64,000 bases of DNA from positions 1,504,001 through 1,568,000 of the forward strand of contig CAWBEI010000002.1 of assembly GCA_963787835.1 (NCBI GenBank), in the 5' to 3' direction. Every line of letters starts with the position of its first letter. Positions within the stretch are counted from its first letter, which is position 1. The position numbers and the translations under genes were made by a program. The stretch comes from Ignavibacteriota bacterium. GTDB taxonomy: Bacteria > Bacteroidota > Ignavibacteria > Palsa-1295. Shown here piece after piece: positions 30,279-40,422 of this stretch. The notes beneath the pieces are model-generated. The model saw only the letters and a list, made by a program, of their open reading frames with translations, had not been told where the DNA came from and made no database searches.

Positions 30279-32051
30279 TTAGAACCTGACGTATGCTTTG
30301 AAGCTCCAATCCGGAACATTGGATGGCGTAAGTCCCAGCCCTGATGCGAGTCCGTAGGATAGACTGAACCCAAATCCGTGTACCTCGCCGAGTGGTTCAC
30401 ATGCCAAGCCAACCTGTCCCGAAAGTAAAGGGGCGGAAGTAACGCCGCTCGGCGCCGATGACCATGTGCCATAATATGCCACTTCCGCTAATGGCTCGAT
30501 CAAGCCATTATAGAATTTAAAGGGAATCCATTGTAACTGAAATCCCAATGATTTTGGTGAAAGGAAAAAGTTGGATAAATTTCCGCGAGGGGTATAGTTG
30601 AGATAGGGAACCGGAGCATACATCATTCCGAATGAAACATCGAAGGAGAGAGCTGGCCGGTTGGACTCGATGCCAATAAAGAAATTTTCTCCCGCAGCAT
30701 CGCCGGCTCCAAATCCTGCACGGCCATGCACATCGGCAATGGTGTTCTGCTTGTTTGCGAGAACAGCCTGCTCTAAATCCTTATTTTCTTTTTTGGAATC
30801 TTCGAGCGTGCCAGTGACTCTTTGGTTTATCACCATTTCATTTGCAAGTTCTTCTTCTTTTAGCGCCAACAAGGAATCCATGTTTAGCTTCTTCCTTCCA
30901 ATGACAAGTGTATCGGGGGTTCCGATACGCGCGCCTTCATTGACCGTGATGGGAGACGTCTTGTTGAAATCATGTGTCTCGGAAAAAAGAATTTTCCCGG
31001 TTCCCGGCTCGATCGCAGTGTATCGGTATTTGTATGGGCCATCGGCAAACTTGGACAGATCGACTTCGGCGAGATAATCTGCCGGCTGACTCAGTGTATC
31101 GACAATGGTGAGTGGGTGTGCGGTGTCAACCACACTCAACAGTTCGATCTTCGCCTCGCAGGTTCTTGCGGCAGAATAAGGGATCGAAAGCCGTTGCGAA
31201 ATATCAGAAACCGTTTGGTGACCGAGTTTGAACGCAAGTTTATCGCTCTCGATGAGAATATGTTCTTCGATGAACCGGGAAAAATCATCGTCGAAATCAA
31301 GATTGGTTCCGTTCTCTAAGGTTACGATCACTCCCTTGGTGAGGCGTTCGTTGGCGAGCCTCATGTTGACGGGTTCCCCAATTTTCGTATTGCAATCTTT
31401 ATGAAATTGCTCCATACGAACGCTGTTGTCCGTGTGGTTGGATTCCAAGGTTCGTTCGATCACCACATAATATCGCATCGAGTCCGTATTATTCATTCCG
31501 GAATCGCGCCCCATACTGGAGGTCGTCGGTAGTGGCAGCACACCAATGTTTACCGTGTAGGATGCCTCGTCGCTCGGCAGTGGTTTCGAAAGATTGCTGA
31601 CTACCGGCAGCGCAAGAGGCGTTCGCGCTGTGCCGACGTAATACATGATCGATTGCTCGTTATGTCCAAAACGGCTGGTGTCGGGCCCGGTTGCTGTGTT
31701 CGTAAAATAATGCGGCTGGAGATGGAAGCTCGATTCATAGAGAACATCTTTCGAGGCTGCACTGAGTCGGACATAATTTGCTTCGGTTTGCACCATTTCC
31801 GGGTGGAAGTTCCGGCCGCCTTTTGCGATCTCGTCCTTGATGCGCTGATCTATTAGTTCCTCGATCGAAGCTTCGTCCGTGATCTTGACAGTTTGAGATC
31901 TATCCGGTATTGCTTGTGCAATATTAGATGGCTGTGCAATGCTCTTATGCACATGGCCAATAAGGAAGAAAAAAAACACAGGGAGTGCAAGCCCTCTTGC
32001 ACGCACACGAGCGTTGCTCGCGAAGGAGGCGAGATGGAGGAATCGCAGCAC
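30279..32051 (-). CDS. Exported hypothetical protein with coiled coil and probable C-terminal beta-barrel
   Basis: Long ORF; signal-like N-terminus from GTG 32051 (inferred); alternating aromatic strands ending WSFKAYVRF. Confidence 0.6.
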   Translation of the reverse strand: MLRFLHLASFASNARVRARGLALPVFFFFLIGHVHKSIAQPSNIAQAIPDRSQTVKITDEASIEELIDQRIKDEIAKGGRNFHPEMVQTEANYVRLSAASKDVLYESSFHLQPHYFTNTATGPDTSRFGHNEQSIMYYVGTARTPLALPVVSNLSKPLPSDEASYTVNIGVLPLPTTSSMGRDSGMNNTDSMRYYVVIERTLESNHTDNSVRMEQFHKDCNTKIGEPVNMRLANERLTKGVIVTLENGTNLDFDDDFSRFIEEHILIESDKLAFKLGHQTVSDISQRLSIPYSAARTCEAKIELLSVVDTAHPLTIVDTLSQPADYLAEVDLSKFADGPYKYRYTAIEPGTGKILFSETHDFNKTSPITVNEGARIGTPDTLVIGRKKLNMDSLLALKEEELANEMVINQRVTGTLEDSKKENKDLEQAVLANKQNTIADVHGRAGFGAGDAAGENFFIGIESNRPALSFDVSFGMMYAPVPYLNYTPRGNLSNFFLSPKSLGFQLQWIPFKFYNGLIEPLAEVAYYGTWSSAPSGVTSAPLLSGQVGLACEPLGEVHGFGFSLSYGLASGLGLTPSNVPDWSFKAYVRF

Positions 32052-32079
32052 AGTTATGATGAAATCGTTTGGAGGCCGA

Positions 32080-32904
32080 TCACAGCCGATCCTTGCCGGA
32101 AACCACGACCTCGTTCTTGGCTGCATCAATTGCTTTGGTGTAGCGATGGGAGATCATTATGTCGGCTGGATCAGGAGTCTCTGTTGTGGAAGCAGAAGCA
32201 TCTGTTTTCACATCATGTGTTTGAGCGGAGTTCTGCGCCATCGAGTTGTCGGTAGTGCCAATCGCAGTTCTGGATGCGTGCGAGCGAGGGGTCGCTTGTT
32301 TTCTTTCCGAAGAGGCGGAATACGTTGCGGGTTGAACCGCCGGGCTGGCAGATGGTTGCGTCGGGGTTAACGGACGCGTATTAACAGAAGGCTCGGATGG
32401 CTGGATGCTGGCTGTTTGCCGGTCATGAGTGTTTTCCGAAAAGAGCCAGACCACACCAATGGTCAGCAAGAGCGAAAGAGCTGTCAGGCTTCCTCTAAAC
32501 TGCCAACGCTTCAACTGGCGTGACATAGGAGTGGATGCGATCGCTCCACGGTCGGCGAGGAAACCGCGTGAGGTTTCTGCTTCAATAAGCGTACCGGTGG
32601 GCGCCACAAGTTCTTCGGCTGCCATGGCTTCCATTATCTGTTGGATGCGCAGACGGGTTCGGTCGTCGAGATCATCGGAAAGCTGAAAACGCTTGTCTTC
32701 ACGGCTTACACGGATCGCGCCGCGAACGACGAGATATTCGCGGAGAAGCATGCGTGCTTCTTCCGAGCGCGAAAGGCGGTCGAAAAGAACGGTCTCGAGT
32801 TCTTTGCGAACAAGTTCGCCATCGAGATACTGGACGATAAGTTCTTCGGTCGTCGTGGTGTTAGCGCCGCCTTGGAGCGGGGTGCTTTGGTTGGTGTTCA
32901 TCAT
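32080..32904 (-). CDS. Putative anti-sigma factor
   Basis: Follows an ECF sigma gene; N-terminal LIVQYLDGEL motif, one TM helix, low-complexity periplasmic tail. Confidence 0.7.
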   Translation of the reverse strand: MMNTNQSTPLQGGANTTTTEELIVQYLDGELVRKELETVLFDRLSRSEEARMLLREYLVVRGAIRVSREDKRFQLSDDLDDRTRLRIQQIMEAMAAEELVAPTGTLIEAETSRGFLADRGAIASTPMSRQLKRWQFRGSLTALSLLLTIGVVWLFSENTHDRQTASIQPSEPSVNTRPLTPTQPSASPAVQPATYSASSERKQATPRSHASRTAIGTTDNSMAQNSAQTHDVKTDASASTTETPDPADIMISHRYTKAIDAAKNEVVVSGKDRL

Positions 32905-32937
32905 TTTGATCTCACAAATAATTGAAATCTTCGGAGG

Positions 32938-33933
32938 TTAAACTTTTTTCTTATCTTTAGGATCCGGCTGGTTCCCATCGCCGTTGGTCTCTGCATCTCC
33001 AATAACGGGGAGAAGCATTTTGCGAAGCCGTGCTTTTGCACGGAAAATTCGAATACGAATGGTTGAAAGCGAGGCTCCCATCATCCGCCCGATCTCATCG
33101 TAGGTCAGCCCCTCATACTCACTGAGTATGAGCGCTTCGCGGAATTCATCCGGAAGCTTCGCGATTGCGGCGAGCAACAGTCCGGTTTGTTCATCCATTG
33201 ACATCCGTTCAAGGGGATCGTCATTGGAGGAAAATGCTTGCCTTACCTCATCGCTCGCTCCGTCCATGTTCACGCCGTCACCGGAGAACTCCAGCCCTTC
33301 ATTCTCGCGGAACGATCGCTTTTTTGCACTAAGGCAGGAGTGGCGTGTCACCGTGAAGATCCATGGCCTGAAATCTCCGCCATTGAAGGTGTGCCTGTAC
33401 TGAACAAGCCGAAAGAATACATCCTGGAAGGTATCCTCGACAGATTCGCGTGGAAGGCCTACACTAAAGAGTACTTGTGCACAATAGGCATAAATACTCG
33501 ATTTATAGCGTTCGTAAATAAAAAAGAAGGCTTGATCGTCGCCCTGTTGATAACGAAGAAAGAGGGCTTCGTCAGTAGGTTCTTCACCGCCTTCGATTTC
33601 CGGTCCGGCAGCGATCGGGGATCGGGGTTTCCGTTTATCAATGAACGAATGCAGCCCACCCGGGGCGTTTTTGGCTTGGGGCCGATCGTCCCGGCGCCTC
33701 ACAGCTTCATCTCTTGCGTCCGAAAGTAAGCTTGGATGACCCTCCTCAGGTTCGATAAATGGGGCTTTGTTCTCCGATGGTTCATTTCCATCTGAGGATC
33801 CCTGCATTCCAGAGGAAGATTGAGCATTCCATGAACGATCCTCCCAGGGTGGTTGTCCATCCTCGCGCTCGTCTTCCGGTTGGTCTAACCGTTCCTCTTG
33901 CATCTGCCCCAATGCGGTCTGCATGATACTCAT
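32938..33933 (-). CDS. ECF-type RNA polymerase sigma-70 factor with long N-terminal extension
   Basis: DEALFLRYQQGDDQAF, EDTFQDVF, FRPWIFTV, LPDEFREALILSEYEGLTYDEIG...TIRIRIFRAKARL. Confidence 0.93.
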   Translation of the reverse strand: MSIMQTALGQMQEERLDQPEDEREDGQPPWEDRSWNAQSSSGMQGSSDGNEPSENKAPFIEPEEGHPSLLSDARDEAVRRRDDRPQAKNAPGGLHSFIDKRKPRSPIAAGPEIEGGEEPTDEALFLRYQQGDDQAFFFIYERYKSSIYAYCAQVLFSVGLPRESVEDTFQDVFFRLVQYRHTFNGGDFRPWIFTVTRHSCLSAKKRSFRENEGLEFSGDGVNMDGASDEVRQAFSSNDDPLERMSMDEQTGLLLAAIAKLPDEFREALILSEYEGLTYDEIGRMMGASLSTIRIRIFRAKARLRKMLLPVIGDAETNGDGNQPDPKDKKKV

Positions 33934-34347
33934 GCTATAATGATCACTCCATGCTTCGTATTCGAGAACTGTTCATATTCGAAATGAGCTCCAAATTCGA
34001 AACCTATGTTCGGCAGACGCAACCGCGCCTTCCATTGCAAGTTCATTGTACCGCTTACAGAGCGATTCCCTCGACTTCGATCCAGTGCGATATATAAATA
34101 ACTTCGCTCGCCGAAAATAATTACACCTTCATTGCAAGAAAAATACACATTTTGAGGATGTCATCGATTTTCCTTCAAAAATGCCTTTCTCAACACATAA
34201 AAAGAAGGTGTTTGTACTCTGACAGAAATTATAATCATCCCGTTCCAATTTCTAAAGGCTGTCCTATAATGGGACGAGAAAGCTTAGGGTACAATACCCA
34301 GAATCCCACACTTTTACCCATCCACTCAACATTCTGCAACATTACTA

Positions 34348-34391
34348 TGGTATTTGTATCGCTTTGAGAACGGATGTCTCAATTTGAGACA
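34348..34391 (+). promoter_or_regulatory. Possible sigma54 -24/-12 site and perfect operator palindrome
   Basis: TGG-TATTTGTATC-GCT (GG-N10-GC) at 34348-34363; TGTCTCA-att-TGAGACA at 34375-34391; related TGTCC-N7-GGACG at 34260-34276. Confidence 0.45.
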
Positions 34392-34541
34392 TACAGTGCA
34401 AGTCATTGTTCGATTTTGAAGATTCAGCTCTCCGCTTTTATTTGCCTGTGGAAATTCGAACTGAAGCATGAAAGATCGGGGTGAGAATTATAGTTTAGTT
34501 TTGCATGAGTAGTTACGCCATTAATTTAGTTACGCCATTTT

Positions 34542-36218
34542 ATGTTTACCACTAAGTCCCCGCAGGTGCGGGCCACTGCTAAACGGATCGTTCCCCGAAC
34601 GGAAAGCCCATTTAGTTCGCGGAAGAATGGGTCTTCTGTCAATTCAACATCCCCTACGGGAACGCCTAACCCGGTGGCGCGTTCACCATTCGGTTCCGTT
34701 CCTGATCCATCCCGGCCATTGCCTCCCCTTGGGATGGAAAATGCGGCATCGGAATATCCCGTCGCTCCGATCCTTATCGTCGATGACGAGCCGTTCGTAG
34801 CCGATCTGTTATTCCATTGGGTCAATAATGTGTGGGATTATCCCGCGATCATAGCGCGGGATGGCGAATCCGCGATCATGGCGATGCGCGAGCATCATCC
34901 TCGGATGGTGTTGCTCGATGTGCATCTGCCAGACCTAAACGGTATCGATGTCCTGCGGGCGATGAAAAGCGCCGATGAATTCCTTCCCGTGGTGATGGTA
35001 AGCGCCGAGGAAAGTATTGCAACCGCTGTTGAAGCGCTGAAGGCTGGCGGATACGATTATTTGACCAAGCCTATTAATACCGATCGCTTACAAGTTATTA
35101 TTCGCAACGCGCTCGCCACCTATAGCTATCATGAAAAGTTACGCTCCTTGCAGCGCGAGTTGAATCATCGTTATGATTTTTCAAACATTATCTCGGCCGA
35201 TCCACGGATGCATGATGTGTTTAAGCTTATGCGTAAGGCCTGTGAAAGTGAGATCACGGTTTGCATTCTTGGTGAATCCGGGACGGGTAAGGAATTAGTT
35301 GCCCGTGCGATCCACTCCAACGGACCACGGAACGATAAGCCGTTTCAGATCATCAATTGCGCTGCAATTCCACATGCGCTTCTGGAATCGGAGCTGTTCG
35401 GTCATGAAAAGGGAAGTTTTACCGGGGCTACACAACGCAAGATAGGGAAATTCGAGGCTGCTAACGGCGGCACGCTCTTTTTAGATGAGATCGGCGATAT
35501 GGATCTTATGCTTCAAGCTAAAGTGCTTCGCGCGATCCAGCAGCATGAGTTCGAGCGTGTTGGAGGTACGGAGACCATTCGAGTCGATGTTCGGATCATC
35601 TGCGCAACGAACGCCGATTTGCAGGCGGCAATTCTGGCCAGGCGATTCCGTGAGGATCTCTATTACCGGATCGCGGGGTTCCCGATCCTGCTTCCTCCGC
35701 TTCGCGAGCGTCGCGGGGACATTCTCTTACTCGCAGAAACCTTCCTTAAGCGTACAAGCGAACGGCAGGGAAAGCGTGTCAGCACGTTATCGCGTGCTTC
35801 GATGGAGGCCATGCTTTTGTATCCCTGGCCCGGAAATATTCGTGAGATCGAAAGCACGATCGAGCGCGCCGTGATCCTGGCCGATGGAGATACTATCCAC
35901 ACCCGCGATCTGCCTCTTTCTGTGCGGCAATATGGCGAGGTGGCGGAGGGCGAAGAAAAATCCGACGATATGCAGGAGTTCTTCGATCCATTCAAGAACC
36001 GCACGGTATTACCGCTCGAAGAAGTCAAGAAGATCGTGGTACATCATGCGCTCAGCGCCTGCCGTGGCAATATCAGCGAGGCAGCGCAAAAACTGGATAT
36101 CAGCCGTTCCACCATGTACCGGTTCCTCGAGATCTATCAGATCGAGACCAAGAATGGGCTTGCATTGCTCCCCACCCCGGAGCAAACCAATGGAGTGGCT
36201 GCGATGCAGGCTGCATAG
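34542..36218 (+). CDS. Sigma54-dependent response regulator (NtrC/AtoC family)
   Basis: Receiver (LIVDDE, LLDV, KP), AAA+ (GESGTGKE, ESELFGHEKGSFTGA, LFLDEIG, WPGNIRE), Fis-type HTH. The true start may be downstream. Confidence 0.95.
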   Translation: MFTTKSPQVRATAKRIVPRTESPFSSRKNGSSVNSTSPTGTPNPVARSPFGSVPDPSRPLPPLGMENAASEYPVAPILIVDDEPFVADLLFHWVNNVWDYPAIIARDGESAIMAMREHHPRMVLLDVHLPDLNGIDVLRAMKSADEFLPVVMVSAEESIATAVEALKAGGYDYLTKPINTDRLQVIIRNALATYSYHEKLRSLQRELNHRYDFSNIISADPRMHDVFKLMRKACESEITVCILGESGTGKELVARAIHSNGPRNDKPFQIINCAAIPHALLESELFGHEKGSFTGATQRKIGKFEAANGGTLFLDEIGDMDLMLQAKVLRAIQQHEFERVGGTETIRVDVRIICATNADLQAAILARRFREDLYYRIAGFPILLPPLRERRGDILLLAETFLKRTSERQGKRVSTLSRASMEAMLLYPWPGNIREIESTIERAVILADGDTIHTRDLPLSVRQYGEVAEGEEKSDDMQEFFDPFKNRTVLPLEEVKKIVVHHALSACRGNISEAAQKLDISRSTMYRFLEIYQIETKNGLALLPTPEQTNGVAAMQAA

Positions 36219-36259
36219 ATACGGGCTATCGATCTATCCTCCATTCGGAACCTTTGACA

Positions 36260-36400
36260 CCGCTGGAGGCGCGGCCCGTTTGTAGAACAGAACAAATCAA
36301 ATATCAAAGCTCCGTAAGAGCGACCATGAGGCCACTCCTACGGAGCTTGCTTGATTCATAAAGAATAAATATCTACAAACGGGGCGCTGCTAACGCAGCG
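36260..36400. repeat. Composite palindromic repeat between convergent genes
   Basis: CCCGTTTGTAGA / TCTACAAACGGG inverted pair enclosing AAGCTCCGTA...TACGGAGCTT (36307-36348). Confidence 0.75.
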
Positions 36401-36409
36401 TTCATCCTT

Positions 36410-37039
36410 CTAGCTCTGCTTCATTTTAATTCCGCAGCCGATGGCTTTCGTGTGCGCTGTTACGATCGGTTGCCCTGCCAGTAGTGCATTCACGGCGTCC
36501 GCCACATAGTACTTGGTGACCTGCGTTGCATCGTCCGCATTATCATCGATCGCGCCAACATAACGGACGATCAGCTTCCCATTCTCCTTATTCAATACGA
36601 ACACATGCGGCGTGTTGGTGGCGCCATATTCCCGGGTGATCTTCTGCGAAGCGTCATCGAGATAAGGGAAGGAATAATTACGTTCCTTTGCATACGATAC
36701 CATCTTTTCGTAAGTATCGTCAGCGTAGATACTGGGGTCGGTCGGATTGATCGCGATAACGGGATATCCCTTTGGCGCGAAGGTTGTGTTGAGTGCTGCA
36801 ATGCGGCTCTCATACAGCTTCGCGACCGGGCAGTGATTGCACGTAAAAACAACGATGAACCCCTTGGCATCCTTGAAATTAGCCAAGGAGACCATTTTGC
36901 CATCGACGTTCCTGAGATTAAAATCCTGTGCTACGTCTCCGGCCTTGTAACCGCTTGGCCCCGTGCCGAGCGGAGTAAAGCTTTGAATTCCGAGCGTGAC
37001 TGCGAGAAGAAGAGATGCGAGTATTAAGTAGTGTTTCAT
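36410..37039 (-). CDS. Exported thioredoxin/AhpC-TSA family protein
   Basis: Signal peptide, FTCNHCP, YGATNTPHVFV, YVGAIDD, AIGCGIK. Confidence 0.92.
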   Translation of the reverse strand: MKHYLILASLLLAVTLGIQSFTPLGTGPSGYKAGDVAQDFNLRNVDGKMVSLANFKDAKGFIVVFTCNHCPVAKLYESRIAALNTTFAPKGYPVIAINPTDPSIYADDTYEKMVSYAKERNYSFPYLDDASQKITREYGATNTPHVFVLNKENGKLIVRYVGAIDDNADDATQVTKYYVADAVNALLAGQPIVTAHTKAIGCGIKMKQS

Positions 37040-37065
37040 GATAATAATAAATGGATTGAAAGACC

Positions 37066-37554
37066 CTATGGTAAAAATGGTTTCATTGTTGCTTCGAGTG
37101 AAGCATACGTGAACTCCTTTGCAAACATGGTTCGAACGTGCGTTCCATTGTTAATGACAAGTGTAGCCGGAAGATTCCCGTCCCACCCCGAATCGACGCG
37201 GTCGATCCAGGAATTGTAGTCCGTTTCATTGAGCAAAACCACCTCGTTCTTCACATGATGTTTTTGCAGGAACGGCATAAGCCGCTTCGAAAGATCCTTT
37301 CTGAAATCGAGGCTCACAAAAATGAGCTTCACTTTCTTATCCGCAACGCCAGCAGAAAAACGCTGGAACGCCGGAAATTCCTTCACGCACGGCTCGCACC
37401 ACGTCGCGAAAAAATTGAAGATGTACGTCGTATCGTTCTGGATCGACATCATATTCGATAGTTCATCGAATTTTATGATGCGTGCCTGTTGTGCGGCTGC
37501 ATTCTTTCCTGTAAATAAAAGGAGTACGCAGCAAAGCACGATAAATTTCTTCAC
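37066..37554 (-). CDS. TlpA-like thiol-disulfide oxidoreductase
   Basis: Signal peptide, NFFATWCEPCVKEFP, WDGNLPAT. Confidence 0.92.
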   Translation of the reverse strand: MKKFIVLCCVLLLFTGKNAAAQQARIIKFDELSNMMSIQNDTTYIFNFFATWCEPCVKEFPAFQRFSAGVADKKVKLIFVSLDFRKDLSKRLMPFLQKHHVKNEVVLLNETDYNSWIDRVDSGWDGNLPATLVINNGTHVRTMFAKEFTYASLEATMKPFLP

Positions 37555-37642
37555 GATGCGTAACTAATACAGAAAAGGGAGGGCGAATGTTTCCCTTACG
37601 GCGCAATAGGAGATTAATAATTATACATGGAGAAGAACGGCT

Positions 37643-38089
37643 TCAATTATCGCTGTGTGCCTTCCGACGCTTCGAGACTGAATTTGCCAGGCTTCTCTTT
37701 GCCTTTTCGCGATAATGCTTCATCAGCCCTTCTCTGTCCTTGCGCAGCCATGTCATAAAGTCCTTTGGCAGCGTATCATCATGGTATTTCGCCCCCCATT
37801 CCACGAGGTCGAGAACGATTGGCATAAGGTCGATGCCTTTTTTTGTCAGCCGGTAAACGAATTTCGATTTGTTTATAGGCGAAACAAGTTTTTTAAGAAT
37901 TTTCTCGGATTCAAGAAACCGTAGCCGGTCAGCCAGAATGTTCGTCGCGATCCCTTCTGCCGACTGGTAAAAATCCCCATAACAGGTTTTGTCAAAGAAC
38001 ATAATATCCCGGATGATGAGCAGGGTCCAATTGTCCCCCAAAATTTCAAGTGAATAATTGATCGGGCAGTCCGATTTTCGTTTTAACAT
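37643..38089 (-). CDS. HxlR-family winged-helix regulator
   Basis: SDCPINYSLEILGDNWTLLIIRD...GIATNILADRL...YRLTKKGIDL. Confidence 0.93.
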   Translation of the reverse strand: MLKRKSDCPINYSLEILGDNWTLLIIRDIMFFDKTCYGDFYQSAEGIATNILADRLRFLESEKILKKLVSPINKSKFVYRLTKKGIDLMPIVLDLVEWGAKYHDDTLPKDFMTWLRKDREGLMKHYREKAKRSLANSVSKRRKAHSDN

Positions 38090-38312
38090 AGCTCTAAAAT
38101 AAGTATTATTGGTGAAGAACTGATTTTTTGCTCGCGAAGTTTACTTGCAAAAGGCAAGTTGCTCAAAAAACGATTAATTCTTTCCTTCTTCATCGGAAAC
38201 AATGGAGGAAAAATCGAGTAGTAGTTTTTGCAATCTACTTGTAAAAAGCAAGTAGATTGAATAAAGTAATAAACATACTCCATCTTCACATCAAACAGAA
38301 AGGAACGACATA

Positions 38313-38801
38313 ATGGAAATCAGCAAAATATGGCGATGGTTCGCTAATCCTCCAACCGATGCGCCGCCCGCAACCATCCTGCTTCGCCTGATGGCGGGAG
38401 GCGTGTTTTTTTTCGAGGGTATTCTGAAATTTGTGTATGTAAATCAGGGCGTCGGACGATTTACGAAACTCGGATTCTCTGTTCCGGAATTTACCGCACA
38501 TTTTGTCGGGGCGCTCGAGATCGGAGGCGGTCTCCTTTTAATGTTCGGATTATTCACAAGATTCTTTGCCTTTATATTCATCATCCAGATGATCGTGGCA
38601 ATATTATCGACAAAGATCAGCTTGTATTTGGGTACGTTCCCGCTGCCGTTGCCACCCTCGCCACCAACCGTTGGGTTTTGGGCTGTGGAGCATGAATCCC
38701 GTTCGGACGTTGCCCAGCTCCTGACCTGCGTGTTCCTGCTCATCGTGGGTTCCGGAAGATTTTCGTTAGACGCATTTTTTCATAAAGAGCGCAAGCATTA
38801 A
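38313..38801 (+). CDS. DoxX-family membrane protein
   Basis: LLRLMAGGVFFFEGILK...VGALEIGGGLLL...GSGRFSLD; divergent from the HxlR gene. Confidence 0.92.
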   Translation: MEISKIWRWFANPPTDAPPATILLRLMAGGVFFFEGILKFVYVNQGVGRFTKLGFSVPEFTAHFVGALEIGGGLLLMFGLFTRFFAFIFIIQMIVAILSTKISLYLGTFPLPLPPSPPTVGFWAVEHESRSDVAQLLTCVFLLIVGSGRFSLDAFFHKERKH

Positions 38802-38892
38802 GGACTCATTTAATAATTCTGAACCTGGATTCCCCGCAGGATGGTCATGCAGCGGGAATGACAATCATAAAAAACATCCCCGTAATCCAGGT

Positions 38893-40311
38893 TCAGACCT
38901 TATATTTCTCCGGCCACAATGCTTTCAATCTATCCAAAATAGTTTTTTCGCGGCCCTGCTCGGTGGGGTGGTAGAATGTTTTGTGCGTGATACTGTCCGG
39001 CAGATAGGTCTCACCGCGCGCAAAGTGGCCTTCTTCGGAGTGGGCGTAGCGGTAGCCTTCGTGGTAACCTAATGATTTCATCAATTTGGTCGGCGCGTTG
39101 CGTAAGTGGAGCGGCACCGGCTCATTGGGATTTTCTTTCGCTTCTTCCAGTGCCGCAAAAATTCCCATATAGGATGCGTTCGATTTATTTGCCGATGCAA
39201 GATACGAAACCACCTGCCCGAAAATGATCGTCGCCTCCGGATAGCCTACAGCGCGGACGGCATCCCAACATGCCATAGCGAGCAGAAGCGCGTTGGGATC
39301 GGCATTGCCGATGTCCTCGCTGGCGAAAATGATCATGCGACGAGCGATGAACTCCAGATCCTCGCCGGACTCGATCATGCGGGCGCACCAGTAAAGCGCA
39401 GCGTTCGGGTCCGAGCCGCGCATGGACTTGATGAACGCGCTGATGATATTGTAATGCTCTTCGCCGGCTTTATCGTAGCGGGAAGCTTTTCTGCCGTACG
39501 CGGCTTCGATGGTGTCGATGGGGATAACCACCCCCCAGCCCCCTCCTACTCCGCGCATCGTGGGCGATGCCAGCTCCGTAGGAGGGGGAGTTAGTTGTAC
39601 CGCCAGTTCCAGCGCATTCAGCATTTTACGAGCATCGCCACCGGAGAGAGCGATTAGGGCGCGCCGAGCATCATCTGAAAGCGTAATATTTAAGGATCGC
39701 AGTTCTTCGTCCTGAGTGATGGCTCGGTCAAGCAATTGTTCGAGGTCTTCGCGTGATAAATTTTCCAGCACAAAAACACGTGCGCGGCTTAGGAGCGGGG
39801 AGATCACTTCGAAGGAAGGATTTTCCGTCGTTGCACCGATGAGTGTAATGTCCCCATGCTCGACAGCTCCCAACAATGCATCCTGCTGCGATTTTGAGAA
39901 CCGGTGAACTTCATCGATGAAGAGCACACTGCGATCTTTCGAAGTTTGGTTTGCTTCCTTCGCTGATTCAATTGCCTCGCGCAGATCTTTTACCCCCGCG
40001 CTGATCGCTGAAAGCGAAAAGAACGGAGCATCCACCGAATGGGCAAGAATATTTGCAAGCGTCGTTTTCCCCGAACCAGGAGGACCCCAGAAGATCATGG
40101 AATGTAATTTGCCACGCTCGATCATTACCCGGAGCGGCTTGCCAGAGCCGATAAGGGATCGCTGGCCGACAACCTCATCAAGCGTTTGTGGCCTCATCCG
40201 CTCAGCCAGTGGCGCAAAGGAATGGGCTGGCATGTTTGGGCTGAATGGTAATGGGTCGGCATCCGGCCGTTTGGTTGGTTTCATTCTTTTTTGTCCCGGT
40301 GCTCCATCCAT
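38893..40311 (-). CDS. rarA: Replication-associated recombination protein A (RarA/MgsA) with in-frame palindromic insertion
   Basis: PLAERMRP, WGPPGSGKTT, FIDEVHRF, GATTENPSF, ISAFIKSMRGSD, ASEDIGNADP, VPLHLRNAPT. Start uncertain. Confidence 0.97.
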   Translation of the reverse strand: MDGAPGQKRMKPTKRPDADPLPFSPNMPAHSFAPLAERMRPQTLDEVVGQRSLIGSGKPLRVMIERGKLHSMIFWGPPGSGKTTLANILAHSVDAPFFSLSAISAGVKDLREAIESAKEANQTSKDRSVLFIDEVHRFSKSQQDALLGAVEHGDITLIGATTENPSFEVISPLLSRARVFVLENLSREDLEQLLDRAITQDEELRSLNITLSDDARRALIALSGGDARKMLNALELAVQLTPPPTELASPTMRGVGGGWGVVIPIDTIEAAYGRKASRYDKAGEEHYNIISAFIKSMRGSDPNAALYWCARMIESGEDLEFIARRMIIFASEDIGNADPNALLLAMACWDAVRAVGYPEATIIFGQVVSYLASANKSNASYMGIFAALEEAKENPNEPVPLHLRNAPTKLMKSLGYHEGYRYAHSEEGHFARGETYLPDSITHKTFYHPTEQGREKTILDRLKALWPEKYKV

Positions 40312-40422
40312 TTTACCGCTCCTTATGAACCATTAAAATTGGGTCAGAAACTGAACGCCGTGATAATTGCTTTTATTCACGGTTATATACATTAAATTGT
40401 TAGAACAAACGCATCCTGCCGA

